Assembly (NCBI GenBank): GCA_016207475.1
Contig: JACQPM010000136.1
Span: forward strand, 1-30,077
Direction of reading: 5' to 3'
Origin: Methanobacteriota archaeon
GTDB taxonomy: Archaea > Hydrothermarchaeota > Hydrothermarchaeia > Hydrothermarchaeales > JACQPM01
DNA: 30,077 bases
Part shown: one piece after another, positions 6,873-16,020 of the stretch
How the letters are laid out: every line of letters begins with the position of its first letter
Numbering within the stretch: the first letter of the stretch is position 1
The notes under the pieces: model-generated
The model's input: the letters and a program-made list of their open reading frames with translations, nothing else
What the model was told of the DNA's origin: nothing
Databases searched by the model: none
Position numbers and translations under genes: made by a program

Positions 6873-7085
6873 ATGAGCAGCTGTTGCGGTGGGGGTTCGC
6901 CCAAGGGGAAGAGAGGAGAAGAGGAGAAAGCCCAGGCGATACGAAATCCTGAAAGCACGCCAGAGCACGAGGGACATGACCATGCCGGATGCGGGATGGA
7001 AGGCGGCCTCATGAAGTGGCTCCTCCTGGGCCTCTTGATATACCTGGCCGTATCCTACGTTAGATCTACTGGGCCGTCCCTGTGA
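6873..7085 (+). CDS. Small Cys/His-rich membrane protein
   Basis: SD GGAGGTGA; MSSCCGGG start, HEGHDHAGCG and a C-terminal TM helix. Confidence 0.65.
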   Translation: MSSCCGGGSPKGKRGEEEKAQAIRNPESTPEHEGHDHAGCGMEGGLMKWLLLGLLIYLAVSYVRSTGPSL

Positions 7086-7206
7086 GACCCTTCAGAAAGG
7101 ATAGTGATCTAGTTTGTAGGAGGAAAAGCGCTATATCCCAACTGCTCGATCTGCCCTCCACAAAAGCAAGAGCTATTAGCAGGACTGTGTAAGAAGGAAG
7201 CGAGCC

Positions 7207-8793
7207 ATGGTTAGAGTGATCAAAAAAGATCGGGAGTATTACCAATGCGAAGCGTGCGGCCTCCAGTTCATCGAGATGGAGTGGGCAGAAAAATGCGAGG
7301 CCTGGTGCAGGGAACACCAGAATTGCAATATTGATATTACGGCGCATGCGGCCAAATCCGAAAATGGATCAGAAGAAAAATCAACTGTTAAGAAAAGTGC
7401 AGGGGTTCTCACAGCGCTGTTTTATGGGTCCATCGGCCTAGCCGCCTCCCTCGGTCTGGCCCTGGCTTTTTACTGGAGCCTCCGCCTGAACACTGGCATC
7501 ATCGGTCTCGTCACGATGACGAGGGGCGTCCCGCTATATTTCTGGCCCTACGTCCTACTCACCCTCGGCACCGTCGCCCTCTTTGGCGTGAATTTATCCC
7601 TTATCGCATACCGCTGGAGGAGGTTCGGCCCACCCACATTGGTTAGACAGGGCGGAGTCGGAGCAGGAGCCATAGTGGGGACATTCGCCTCCGCCTGCCC
7701 TGTCTGCGGTGCCACATTCCTCTCGGCCATCGGTTTAGCCGGAGGGCTGGCCGCCTTCCCGCTCTACGGACTGGAGTTGAAGGCCCTCTCCTTCGGGCTG
7801 ATGGTGCTGGCGTTGTGGCTCAGCACAAGGGATACCAAGGAAGCAGGGTGCAGCGGGGGCGCATGCCCCTCCCCCCGTGACGCCTCCTTCCGGAGAAACG
7901 AGCTACCATGGTTCCTCGCCGTCCTTGCCCTCATCGCCGCCCTCGCGTTCGTAGGTTGGGGGATGCTGAAGCCCGACCTCGTAGCCGCAGGGGCTCTGCA
8001 CGACGAGGGCGTGAGCAGAGGATTCTTTGAGGAGGCTGTGGCCGCGGTCCAGCCGGAGGGGGGCTTCAGGAGCAGGATTGTGCTGGGAGATAGCGTCGTG
8101 AGGCTGGCCGAGCTCGGCGTGATCGACCGCGGGAAGTTCGAGGCCCTCTACGGGGAAGAGGGACTTCCGGATGGGTTGAAAGATGTGCTCACGAAGCCGT
8201 CCAGCGAACCAATACTCCTAACTGAAGAGAACGCGAACGTGTACCTGAACCTCCTCTGGCCCCTGGGGCTCGCGAACTACATGCCTTCCAATGAGGAGAG
8301 CCCGATGAACGGGAGTAGACTCTTCGACTTCGCCTCCACCGGTGGCTGGACGTTGGGCCGGGAGGAGAATGGGGGGGCGTACTTCAACAGAATCAGGATA
8401 GTAGAGCTCACGCCGGAAGAGGAGGCCCTGGTGGTGAAGATAGCTCAGCGTACCTATCGTCCGTGCTGCAACAACCCCACCCTCTTCCAGGACTGTAACC
8501 ACGGCTCTGCCCTCCTGGGATTACTGGAGCTGGGCGCCTCCCAGGGGTTGACAGAGGAGGAGCTCTATAGGGAGGCGCTGGCCTTCAACTCCTTCTGGTT
8601 CCCCCGCAACTACGTCGCCACCGCCGTCTATTTCAAGGCTGTGAAGAACACCGACTGGGAGGATGCGGACCCAAGGCTCGTGATGAGCGAGTATTACTCC
8701 AGCGTCAGTGGGTGGTATACGAACGTCTACAGGCCGTTGAGCGAGCTGGACCTCCTCCCCCAGGCCCGGAGCGGGGCTGGATGTGGAGTATAG
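7207..8793 (+). CDS. Multidomain Cys-rich membrane protein (Zn-finger-like N-terminus, membrane domain with CPVC, exported CC/CNH domain)
   Basis: YQCEACG..KCEAWC..NC N-terminus; several TM helices with ASACPVCG; CSGGAC linker; RPCCNN..QDCNHG; C-terminal GCGV. Confidence 0.75.
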   Translation: MVRVIKKDREYYQCEACGLQFIEMEWAEKCEAWCREHQNCNIDITAHAAKSENGSEEKSTVKKSAGVLTALFYGSIGLAASLGLALAFYWSLRLNTGIIGLVTMTRGVPLYFWPYVLLTLGTVALFGVNLSLIAYRWRRFGPPTLVRQGGVGAGAIVGTFASACPVCGATFLSAIGLAGGLAAFPLYGLELKALSFGLMVLALWLSTRDTKEAGCSGGACPSPRDASFRRNELPWFLAVLALIAALAFVGWGMLKPDLVAAGALHDEGVSRGFFEEAVAAVQPEGGFRSRIVLGDSVVRLAELGVIDRGKFEALYGEEGLPDGLKDVLTKPSSEPILLTEENANVYLNLLWPLGLANYMPSNEESPMNGSRLFDFASTGGWTLGREENGGAYFNRIRIVELTPEEEALVVKIAQRTYRPCCNNPTLFQDCNHGSALLGLLELGASQGLTEEELYREALAFNSFWFPRNYVATAVYFKAVKNTDWEDADPRLVMSEYYSSVSGWYTNVYRPLSELDLLPQARSGAGCGV

Positions 8794-8957
8794 GTAAGCA
8801 TGGATGATGGAGCTACTGCTCAAGGACGCCCTCAGGCGCTCCGCCGGGGAGGCCCATATGCCCGTGTGAAGTGCCGCGGGGGCTGATGAGATCAGAATGG
8901 GATAGTGAGGGAAGAAAACCTCTTCTCTGAGCGGTAAAATGCCCAAGACAGACCTTC

Positions 8958-9422
8958 TCAGGCCATAGGACGCTCCATCCCCCTCTCATGGCGGCCCAGG
9001 GGGACGATCATATCTTCCGTGAACTCTTCCTGGGTGGCCGGGCTATGCAAGAAGGCTACTAGGTCTCGCAGGTCATGCTCCCCCATCTCCGGGAAGGGGA
9101 CCCCCTCCTCCTCCATCATGGGCACCATACGGGGGGCGTGGTTCCACATCACCCGCGCCATGTCCATGGGGTCCATCCTGGCGTGGTCCACCATCGACAG
9201 GTCGGCCGCATCCTTCCCTCCGATCCCTCTGATGGAGTGACAGACGGCGCACCCCTTCTCCCCGAAGACCCTCATCCCGGCCTCCGGGTCTCCCCTTATG
9301 ATCTCCACCCTGCCTGCGGTGATCTTGGCGACCGTGGGCGGGGAGACTATACCTACCGCAGTCATCAGGACCACGGTAAGGAATACGGATGCGAGTGCCA
9401 CCCAAAGGACCTTCCTCTCCAT
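8958..9422 (-). CDS. Membrane-anchored monoheme cytochrome c
   Basis: N-terminal TM anchor, CAVCH heme motif, WNHAPRM with candidate axial Met; SD GGAGGT. Confidence 0.85.
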   Translation of the reverse strand: MERKVLWVALASVFLTVVLMTAVGIVSPPTVAKITAGRVEIIRGDPEAGMRVFGEKGCAVCHSIRGIGGKDAADLSMVDHARMDPMDMARVMWNHAPRMVPMMEEEGVPFPEMGEHDLRDLVAFLHSPATQEEFTEDMIVPLGRHERGMERPMA

Positions 9423-9488
9423 ATCTGCTATACCTCCCTTCCTCCCTTGAAGTTTTTATCTTATGATCCAGAGCCGAGGCAGCATGCC

Positions 9489-9611
9489 TCAAGGCTTGAT
9501 CCCAGCCTTCCTCTCCAGCTCTTCCACCCGCTTCATTATCTTGTAGTCCATGTAAGAGTGCCCTATCGCCCAGATCACTATGAGCCCTATGACATACTTC
9601 TCCCAGGCCAT
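9489..9611 (-). CDS. 40-aa single-TM protein MAWEKYVIGLIVIWAIGHSYMDYKIMKRVEELERKAGIKP
   Basis: Strong SD GGAGGTG 5 nt upstream, own BRE/TATA (GAAAAATCTATATA, 9661-9645), and a TM helix followed by a charged tail; below the ORF track cut-off. Confidence 0.7.
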   Translation of the reverse strand: MAWEKYVIGLIVIWAIGHSYMDYKIMKRVEELERKAGIKP

Positions 9612-9694
9612 TGCCCCACCTCCGATGAGTTCTGTTCACTACCCGTATATAGATTTTTCTTTTTGATTTCTGGAAATGGAGACTGTCCATCGGG

Positions 9695-10216
9695 TCACTT
9701 CTGGTACATGGGCAGTGACGCCACGTAATCAGGGTCATTCCAGTCCACGGCCACTATCCTCCCGCCCCTCTCCTCCAGGGCTATCTCCGGTATGGGGCTG
9801 GGCGGAGGGCCTGCCAGGACGGCGCCGGTCCTGTGGTCGAAGACGCCGTCGTGGCAGGGGCAGAAGAGGACGGGCTCCGTGACGCCGATCTTCCTCCAGC
9901 CCTCGACCCTCCAGGAGGCGGTGCACCCGAGGTGGGTGCACTTGACGGCAAAGGCCTTGTATCCCTCGGGGTGGCGCATCAGGATGGCCGGGAAGCCCTT
10001 GAAGGACCAGCGCTCCTTGAAGCCCCCCACCGGGATCTCCCCCAACCTCGCCACCTCGACGACTTCCATCCTCTCGGCCTCGCTTACGGGCCAGAGGTAC
10101 CTCAGGACCGTGGCGAGGGCGCTAGTGGAGAAGAGCGCCACGGCTGCGCCCAAGAGGTACTTCAGGAGGCCCCTCCTCTTGAGCTCTATACGTCTTTTCC
10201 TGGCATAGTCTACCAT
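9695..10216 (-). CDS. Rieske [2Fe-2S] protein (QcrA/PetC type)
   Basis: CTHLGC and CPCHDG boxes; Tat-like RRGLLK followed by a TM helix; GPPP motif. Confidence 0.92.
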   Translation of the reverse strand: MVDYARKRRIELKRRGLLKYLLGAAVALFSTSALATVLRYLWPVSEAERMEVVEVARLGEIPVGGFKERWSFKGFPAILMRHPEGYKAFAVKCTHLGCTASWRVEGWRKIGVTEPVLFCPCHDGVFDHRTGAVLAGPPPSPIPEIALEERGGRIVAVDWNDPDYVASLPMYQK

Positions 10217-10308
10217 GATATTATATTAGTTAGTCCAGGGGAGAAATAGATTTTCGATTCAGAAATGAAGATTTAATCTAGAAAACTTGACATAATGTGC
10301 TGAATCTC

Positions 10309-11163
10309 TCACAGCCCCAAAAATAGCTGCAAGGAGTCGTGGAGCCCCATGGGGAGGGCGAGGACCAGGAGGAGGAGCTTCGTCAGCCAGTGGGTCTCTT
10401 CCTCCACAGGGACCTCTTTCTCCAGGTAGTACAGGACCCCCATGGCAAGGCCCAGTTTCAGGGCCACGTAGAGGAGGGGGCTGGAGCCGACGATGAACTG
10501 GGTCATGGGCTGCTCCGCGCTGTACCCCAGAGTCGAGACGGCCAGGGCCACGGCGGTGCTCTCGTAGGCGAAGCCCCAGAGGATGAGGCCGTTCTCCCTC
10601 GTCGCCGCGCCGTACCGTTGGAGGGCTAGGTACCCAAGGACGGCCAAGCCCAGCGAGACCACCAGGATCCTGAGGAAGAGGGATGGGCGGAGTCTCAGGG
10701 ATTCGCCCGAGATGGAGGTGATGTTACCCGAGGCCACTGCAACGGCATCCAAGGCGAGGAGCAGGAAGGCACCGATGGAGAGGAGGAATCCCACCCCGGT
10801 CATGGTCGCCCTATAGTCTTTCCCTAGATAGTAACCGACCAGCAGGGAAGCTAGTGCGAGAGAAGCGACCAGGAGGTAGATCCCCGGCGTGAGGAAGAGA
10901 GGGCTCGAGGGGAGAGGCCCCGCGCCCGTCAGCCTGGCGAACTCCTCCAGGGCACGCAGGAACCCTGCAAAGAAGAGGAACGGGACGGCAGCGGTGAAGA
11001 GCCCCCTGTCCATCCGCACCCCGAGGCGCCTAAGGATACGGAGAATCCCGAAGGCACCGGCTATGAGGAGGACGCCATAGGCGATGGTGTTGTAGAGGTT
11101 GTAGCCCTCATCGGTCTGGATGGGCCCGATGAAGTACCTCTGGAGGAAGTCGTAGATGCCCAT
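10309..11163 (-). CDS. DUF63 family archaeal multi-pass membrane protein
   Basis: F..YFIGPI...GYNLYNTIAYG N-terminus and PLFLTPGIY motif; many TM helices. Confidence 0.75.
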   Translation of the reverse strand: MGIYDFLQRYFIGPIQTDEGYNLYNTIAYGVLLIAGAFGILRILRRLGVRMDRGLFTAAVPFLFFAGFLRALEEFARLTGAGPLPSSPLFLTPGIYLLVASLALASLLVGYYLGKDYRATMTGVGFLLSIGAFLLLALDAVAVASGNITSISGESLRLRPSLFLRILVVSLGLAVLGYLALQRYGAATRENGLILWGFAYESTAVALAVSTLGYSAEQPMTQFIVGSSPLLYVALKLGLAMGVLYYLEKEVPVEEETHWLTKLLLLVLALPMGLHDSLQLFLGL

Positions 11164-11235
11164 CTCCTGCTCAGGTGGAGGTCCTGGAACTATAAACCTT
11201 TTTGTTCACTTTTTGCAATCGATAGGATGTTCACT

Positions 11236-11610
11236 CTAGGAGTACCCAGCTCTCCTCCAGGCCACGGCGCCGCCCTCCAGGGTATAGACGTCCCTGTAGC
11301 CCATCCCCACGAGCTTTTCGGCTGCGGCCTCGCTCATCCCTCCGCCCATGCAGTAGACGAGGATGGTCTGGCTCGTGTCTCTAGGTAGCTTATCCCTGTG
11401 CAGCTCCAGCTCGTCGTAAGGGATGAAGGCGTCGGTGCCGTCTATATGGGCCTGCTCCGGCACATGGACATCCAGGAGGAAGACATCTCTTGTCTCGAGC
11501 ATCCTGGCTGCCTCCTGGGACGGTACGCTCTTGTAGCTTACCCCCGGGCCTGCCAAACACCCGACCAACGCTAAGGCGAGGATTAAAAAAGCCTTGGTAA
11601 TGCTCTCCAC
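11236..11610 (-). CDS. Rhodanese-like domain lipoprotein
   Basis: Lipobox-like LVGC; FLLDVH..EQAHIDGT, VYCMGGGMS active loop, LEGG..AW. Confidence 0.85.
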   Translation of the reverse strand: MESITKAFLILALALVGCLAGPGVSYKSVPSQEAARMLETRDVFLLDVHVPEQAHIDGTDAFIPYDELELHRDKLPRDTSQTILVYCMGGGMSEAAAEKLVGMGYRDVYTLEGGAVAWRRAGYS

Positions 11611-11656
11611 CTAAAGTCGATAGAGCACATAGCCTATAAAAGTTTAAGCTATTGTA

Positions 11657-11686
11657 TTTTACATAGTGGTAGGAAAAGATACATAT
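11657..11686 (+). promoter_or_regulatory. Conserved promoter element, copy A (candidate CopR site + BRE/TATA)
   Basis: TTTTACATAGTGGTAGGAAAAGATACATAT, nearly identical to 11986-12016 and at the same distance from its start codon. Confidence 0.7.
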
Positions 11687-11711
11687 GCGGTCTTGAACGC
11701 AGCAGCTTATT

Positions 11712-11939
11712 ATGGGCTATATGATGTCGTATTATGGGTATGGATGGATGCTCCTCGGGTTAGTGTTCATGGTCCTCTTCTGGGCCGCCGTCATCCTCCT
11801 CATCCTCTGGCTTTACAAGCAGCTCAAGGGCGGGGCCCCGGCTACCAGTGAGTCTGCCTTGGATATCCTCAAGAAGCGGTATGCAAAGGGTGAAATAACC
11901 AGGGAAGAATTCGAGCTGATGAGAAAGGACTTTGGGTGA
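11712..11939 (+). CDS. SHOCT domain-containing membrane protein
   Basis: MGYMMSYYGYGWM N-terminus, one TM helix, ALDILKKRYAKGEITREEF. Confidence 0.85.
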   Translation: MGYMMSYYGYGWMLLGLVFMVLFWAAVILLILWLYKQLKGGAPATSESALDILKKRYAKGEITREEFELMRKDFG

Positions 11940-11985
11940 CCCTACCACGATTTATCTTTCTCCTTGATAATTTCTCTTTGCAAAA

Positions 11986-12016
11986 TTTTACATAATGGTG
12001 TGGAAAAGATACATAT
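11986..12016 (+). promoter_or_regulatory. Conserved promoter element, copy B, upstream of copA
   Basis: TTTTACATAATGGTGTGGAAAAGATACATAT; the final 15 nt are identical to copy A. Confidence 0.7.
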
Positions 12017-12042
12017 TCTCGCACGGAAAGTCTATGAGCAGG

Positions 12043-14652
12043 ATGGAAGGGCGGAAAACAACACATATAGTCAAAGTAGGAGGCATGACCTGCGCCTCCT
12101 GCGCCCAGAGCATCGAGAAGGCCCTTGGCAACTTGGAGGGGGTGGCAAGAGCCACAGTGAACTTCGCCGCCGAGACCGCCACCGTGGAGTACGATCCAGG
12201 GAAGGTCGGGCCCGGGGAGATAGAGAAGACGATAATAGATGTTGGGTATAAGGTGATCAAAGAGAGTATTACCCTCAAAGTCTCAGGCATGACCTGCGCC
12301 TCCTGCGCCCAGAGCATCGAGAAGGCCCTTGGCAACTTGGAGGGGGTCTCCAGCGCCAGCGTTAACTTCGCCATGGGGCGGGCGACGGTCCACTACGACC
12401 CAGAGCTGGTGGGCGTGGCCGGAATCAAGAGGGCCGTCAAGGACATTGGGTACGAGGCCTCGGATATAGAGGAGGTGACGGTAGAGGACAGGGAGAGGGC
12501 TGCCAGGAAACGGGAGATCATGGTCCAGGGGATCAATACCCTCGTCTCCTGGGTCCTAGCGATACCCATCATGCTGGGCACCTTCAGGGAGTACTGGATC
12601 CTGAGCTCCTTCGTGCCCGGGGTCCTGGCGGACCCCTACACCCTCTGGCTCCTCACCACCCCCATCATGCTGGGGCCCGGGCGCCAGTTCTTCGTGGGCA
12701 CTTACAAGGGGCTGAAGCACGGCTACACCGACATGAACCTCCTCATAGCCACCGGTACAGGTGCCGCCTACACCCTGGGCGTCATCAACACCCTCTTCCC
12801 TGATGCGGGCTTCGGGGGGCCCGAGATGGCCTTCTTCGAGACCGCCGCTCTCCTTACGGCCTTCCTGGTCCTGGGTCGTTTCCTGGAGGCCCTGACGAAG
12901 GGGCGCACCTCGGAGGCCATAAGGAGGCTGATGGGCCTCAGGGCCAAGACGGCCCTGGTGGTAAGGGACGGGAAGGAGATAGAGGCCCCCATAGAGGACG
13001 TCCGGGTCGGGGACCTGGTCATCGTGAAGCCTGGGGAGAAGATCCCGGTGGACGGGATGGTGAGGGAGGGCTATTCGGCCGTGGACGAGTCCATGATCAC
13101 TGGGGAGAGCATCCCGGTGGAGAAAAAGGCCGGGGACGAGGTCATAGGCGCCACCATAAACCAGACGGGGCTGCTGAGGTTCGAGGCGACGAAAGTGGGG
13201 AAGGACACGGCCCTGGCGCAGATCATAAGGTTCATAGAGGAGGCCCAGGCCTCCAAGCCGAAGATCCAGAAGCTGGCCGATGTCGTGGCCGGGCACTTCA
13301 TCCTGGCGGTCCACGCCCTGGCCCTCATCGTCTTCTTCTTCTGGTTCTTCGTGGGCTACGACAGGTTCTTCACCCCAGGCGGGAAGTTCCTCCTCTCCTC
13401 CATAACGATATCGGCAGTCTCGGCCTTCGTCTTCGCGATGCTCCTGAGCATAACGGTCCTGGTAATTTCCTGCCCCTGTGCCGTGGGCCTCGCCACCCCC
13501 AGCGCCATAATGGCCGGCACCGGGAAGGGGGCGGAGTACGGGATATTGATAAAAGGCGGGGACGCCCTGGAAAGGGCCCACAAGATCAATACCATCGTCC
13601 TGGACAAGACAGGTACCCTTACGAAGGGCAGGCCGTCCCTCACGGATGTGGTCGTGGCGAGAGGGTACAAAGAGGAAGAGGTCCTGAGGCTGGCTGCGGT
13701 GGCAGAGAAGGGCTCCGAGCACCCCCTGGGGGAAGCGATCGTGAGAGGGGCCGAAGGGAGGGGCATAGGCTTGGAGAGGGCCGAGGCCTTTGAGGCCATC
13801 CCGGGCCAGGGTATCGAGGCCAAGTACAGAGGGAAGAAGATCCTGCTGGGCAACCGGAGGCTGATGAAAGACCGCGGTGTGAAGGGAGTGGAGCCCCTCT
13901 TGGGAGAGATGGAGCGGCTGGAGAACGACGGGAAGACGGCGATGCTCGTGGCTCTGGAGGACGAGGCCATCGGGATAATCGCCGTGGCTGATACCTTGAA
14001 GGAGTATTCCAAGGATGCGGTGAGGGAGCTCCAGCGCATGGGCCTGGAGACGATCATGCTCACGGGCGATAACGCCCGTACGGCCGATGCCATAGCCAGG
14101 CAGATAGGCGTCGATCGCGTACTGGCGGAGGTCCTGCCCGAGGAGAAGGCGGACGTCATAAAGGGGCTCCAGGCCGAGGGCAAGGTCGTGGCCATGGTGG
14201 GCGATGGCATAAACGACGCCCCGGCCCTCACGCAGGCCGATGTGGGCATAGCCATAGGGAGCGGGACCGATATAGCGAAGGAGGCGGGGCACATAGTCCT
14301 GATAAAGGAGGACCTGAGGGACATCATAACAGCCTTAGAGCTGAGCAAGAGAACGATGAGGATGATAAAGGAGAACCTCTTCTGGGCCTTCGCCTACAAC
14401 ACCGTGGGCATACCCATCGCTGCTGGGGTCCTGTACCCGTCCTTCGGCCTCCTGGTGAGCCCTGAGCTGGCGGCCCTCTTCATGGCCACCAGCTCCGTCT
14501 CCGTCACCATGAACACCCTCCTCCTGAAGAGGTTCAGGCCCAGGGGCTTTGGGGTTGGTGGAGTCGGTGGAGAGATGGAAGGAGGAATAGGCCTTCCCAC
14601 CGGTGGGGCTGGAACGGGCAGTTCCCTAGGGATATACGGAGGCAAGAGATGA
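12043..14652 (+). CDS. copA: Cu(I)-translocating P1B-1 ATPase with two N-terminal HMA domains
   Basis: 2x [31 protein letters not shown] and MATSS (MxxSS). ATG 12043 chosen from promoter spacing (alternatives 12034 or 11995). Confidence 0.95.
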   Translation: MEGRKTTHIVKVGGMTCASCAQSIEKALGNLEGVARATVNFAAETATVEYDPGKVGPGEIEKTIIDVGYKVIKESITLKVSGMTCASCAQSIEKALGNLEGVSSASVNFAMGRATVHYDPELVGVAGIKRAVKDIGYEASDIEEVTVEDRERAARKREIMVQGINTLVSWVLAIPIMLGTFREYWILSSFVPGVLADPYTLWLLTTPIMLGPGRQFFVGTYKGLKHGYTDMNLLIATGTGAAYTLGVINTLFPDAGFGGPEMAFFETAALLTAFLVLGRFLEALTKGRTSEAIRRLMGLRAKTALVVRDGKEIEAPIEDVRVGDLVIVKPGEKIPVDGMVREGYSAVDESMITGESIPVEKKAGDEVIGATINQTGLLRFEATKVGKDTALAQIIRFIEEAQASKPKIQKLADVVAGHFILAVHALALIVFFFWFFVGYDRFFTPGGKFLLSSITISAVSAFVFAMLLSITVLVISCPCAVGLATPSAIMAGTGKGAEYGILIKGGDALERAHKINTIVLDKTGTLTKGRPSLTDVVVARGYKEEEVLRLAAVAEKGSEHPLGEAIVRGAEGRGIGLERAEAFEAIPGQGIEAKYRGKKILLGNRRLMKDRGVKGVEPLLGEMERLENDGKTAMLVALEDEAIGIIAVADTLKEYSKDAVRELQRMGLETIMLTGDNARTADAIARQIGVDRVLAEVLPEEKADVIKGLQAEGKVVAMVGDGINDAPALTQADVGIAIGSGTDIAKEAGHIVLIKEDLRDIITALELSKRTMRMIKENLFWAFAYNTVGIPIAAGVLYPSFGLLVSPELAALFMATSSVSVTMNTLLLKRFRPRGFGVGGVGGEMEGGIGLPTGGAGTGSSLGIYGGKR
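12081..12347 (+). repeat. 63-nt perfect direct repeat (12081-12143 and 12285-12347) in the two HMA domains
   Basis: AGGCATGACC...TTGGAGGGGGT is identical at an offset of 204 nt. Confidence 0.9.
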
Positions 14653-14888
14653 GAGGCCCCTCGCGTCTGCCTATATGGTCAGTAATAGCACTCTCCTACC
14701 TGGCCGTCTCCATCTCCGTGACCCTCCTTTTTTACCTCCTGGCGACGAGGCAGGGGAAGCCCCACACCCCCGCTGAGGTGGCCCTGGGGTCCATCTGGAC
14801 CTTCATCCTCTCCATGATCATCTCTGCCTCCATCCTGCCGCCCATCCTAAAGAAGAGGCTGGGCGTGGGCGATGCAAGGGGGGGCTGA
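14649..14888 (+). CDS. Small membrane protein (two TM helices)
   Basis: ATGA overlap with the copA stop; two hydrophobic helices. Confidence 0.65.
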   Translation: MRGPSRLPIWSVIALSYLAVSISVTLLFYLLATRQGKPHTPAEVALGSIWTFILSMIISASILPPILKKRLGVGDARGG

Positions 14889-14910
14889 AGAGTTGGATAG
14901 GAGGTAAAAA

Positions 14911-15213
14911 ATGGAAGAAGGAACACCACACTATGCGCATCCAACTGGCATTGCGCTCGGGCTGACAGCCGGCATCGTGTATACGATCTGTGCCCTGTTT
15001 GTGACGGTATGGCCAGCCCAGGCCCTGGGGTTCTTCAAAGATTGGTTCCACGGGATCGACATAGGGCGGATCTTCGCGCCGCCGCAGCTGACCATCTGGG
15101 CCTTCCTCCGGGGCCTCGTGGAGATAGTCCTGGTCTTTTACCTGGTGGGGCTGGTCTACGGGTGGCTCTACAACAAGTGCGTGGCCCACTGCAAGAGGAT
15201 GGGCTGGATCTGA
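14911..15213 (+). CDS. DUF5676 family membrane protein
   Basis: SD GGAGGT; GIALGLT..VYTICAL..WP...WFHGID..GLV..F..G.VYGWLYN pattern. Confidence 0.75.
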   Translation: MEEGTPHYAHPTGIALGLTAGIVYTICALFVTVWPAQALGFFKDWFHGIDIGRIFAPPQLTIWAFLRGLVEIVLVFYLVGLVYGWLYNKCVAHCKRMGWI

Positions 15214-15219
15214 CCGAGG

Positions 15220-15819
15220 CTACTTGCCGGCCTTGGCCGCCAGCTCCAGCCTCCTCCTGAAGCCCTTGAGGCATGTGTTACAGCAGAAGTAGTGCTCCTG
15301 GTTGTGGAGGGTGAACTTCACGGGGTCCCCGTGGATCCTCTTCCCGCAGTACTCGCAGTCCATGCTGATCCCTATCTCAGGCCCGATCCTCGTCTCGTAC
15401 TCCTCCTTGTAAGTCCGAAGGACGATGCTTGACTCCAGGTCACGGACAGGCAGCCTCCCGATCCTCTCCATGAGGACCTTCACCTCCCCCATGTTCCTCA
15501 CAGCCGCCTTGCATGCGAGGTTCCTCTCCCCCATGATCTCGTAGACCTCCAGGACCTCCTCCATCCTCCTCAAGGCCGAGGCCACCTCCTCCAGGTCCTC
15601 GGCCTTCATCCGCACGATGAGGAGGATATTCTCCAGGATGGCGTCCCTGTCGATCGCAACGGTGAACTTCTTCACGACCCCGGCCTGCTTCAGCCTCTCG
15701 ATCCGGGCCTTGACGGTGGGCCTGCTCACCCCCGTGGCCTTGGCTATGTCCAGGATGGAACTCCTACTGTCCTCTTGGAGGATCCTGAGGATGGCCAGGT
15801 CCACGGTGTCGAGCTTCAT
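15220..15819 (-). CDS. copR: Lrp/AsnC-family regulator with C-terminal TRASH domain (archaeal CopR/CopT-like)
   Basis: N-terminal HTH (LDTVDLAILRILQEDSR..IAKATGVSRPTV); C-terminal CEYCG..YFCCNTC. ATG 15819 fits the TATA at 15852-15845 better than 15846. Confidence 0.85.
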   Translation of the reverse strand: MKLDTVDLAILRILQEDSRSSILDIAKATGVSRPTVKARIERLKQAGVVKKFTVAIDRDAILENILLIVRMKAEDLEEVASALRRMEEVLEVYEIMGERNLACKAAVRNMGEVKVLMERIGRLPVRDLESSIVLRTYKEEYETRIGPEIGISMDCEYCGKRIHGDPVKFTLHNQEHYFCCNTCLKGFRRRLELAAKAGK

Positions 15820-16020
15820 CCATCCATTTTTAGAAATTCTAGCCATATATAAGTATCTGGAGATGCGTCAGAGTGGCAAAAACCTTCAGTAAAAGTTTCG
15901 ATTTTGATGGTTCTCCTTGGATTACCGCGGCCTAGTGAATAGAATAATGGAATAAAACGGCACTTTTCAATAAAAAAGGTACTTATAGCCATCTATCAGA
16001 ATTTGAACTGGGTGGTAGAG

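Noticed and set aside
7084-7097. 13/14 match (GAGACCCTTCAGAA) to the flank of hairpin copy 2 (3071-3084)
   Set aside because: No hairpin accompanies it, and many 13/14 matches are expected by chance in a 30-kb self-comparison.
8883-8930. CTGATGA...GAAA as a hammerhead ribozyme, or CTGATGA/CTGA as a C/D sRNA
   Set aside because: No stem II closes between CUGAUGA and GAAA, no stems I/III are evident, and the box spacing does not fit a C/D guide.
12556-14292. Long antisense or alternate-frame ORFs (also 26535-27737, 28992-30074, 27404-28342, 22017-23009 and others)
   Set aside because: These are shadow ORFs expected in GC-rich DNA opposite well-supported genes; they have no motifs.
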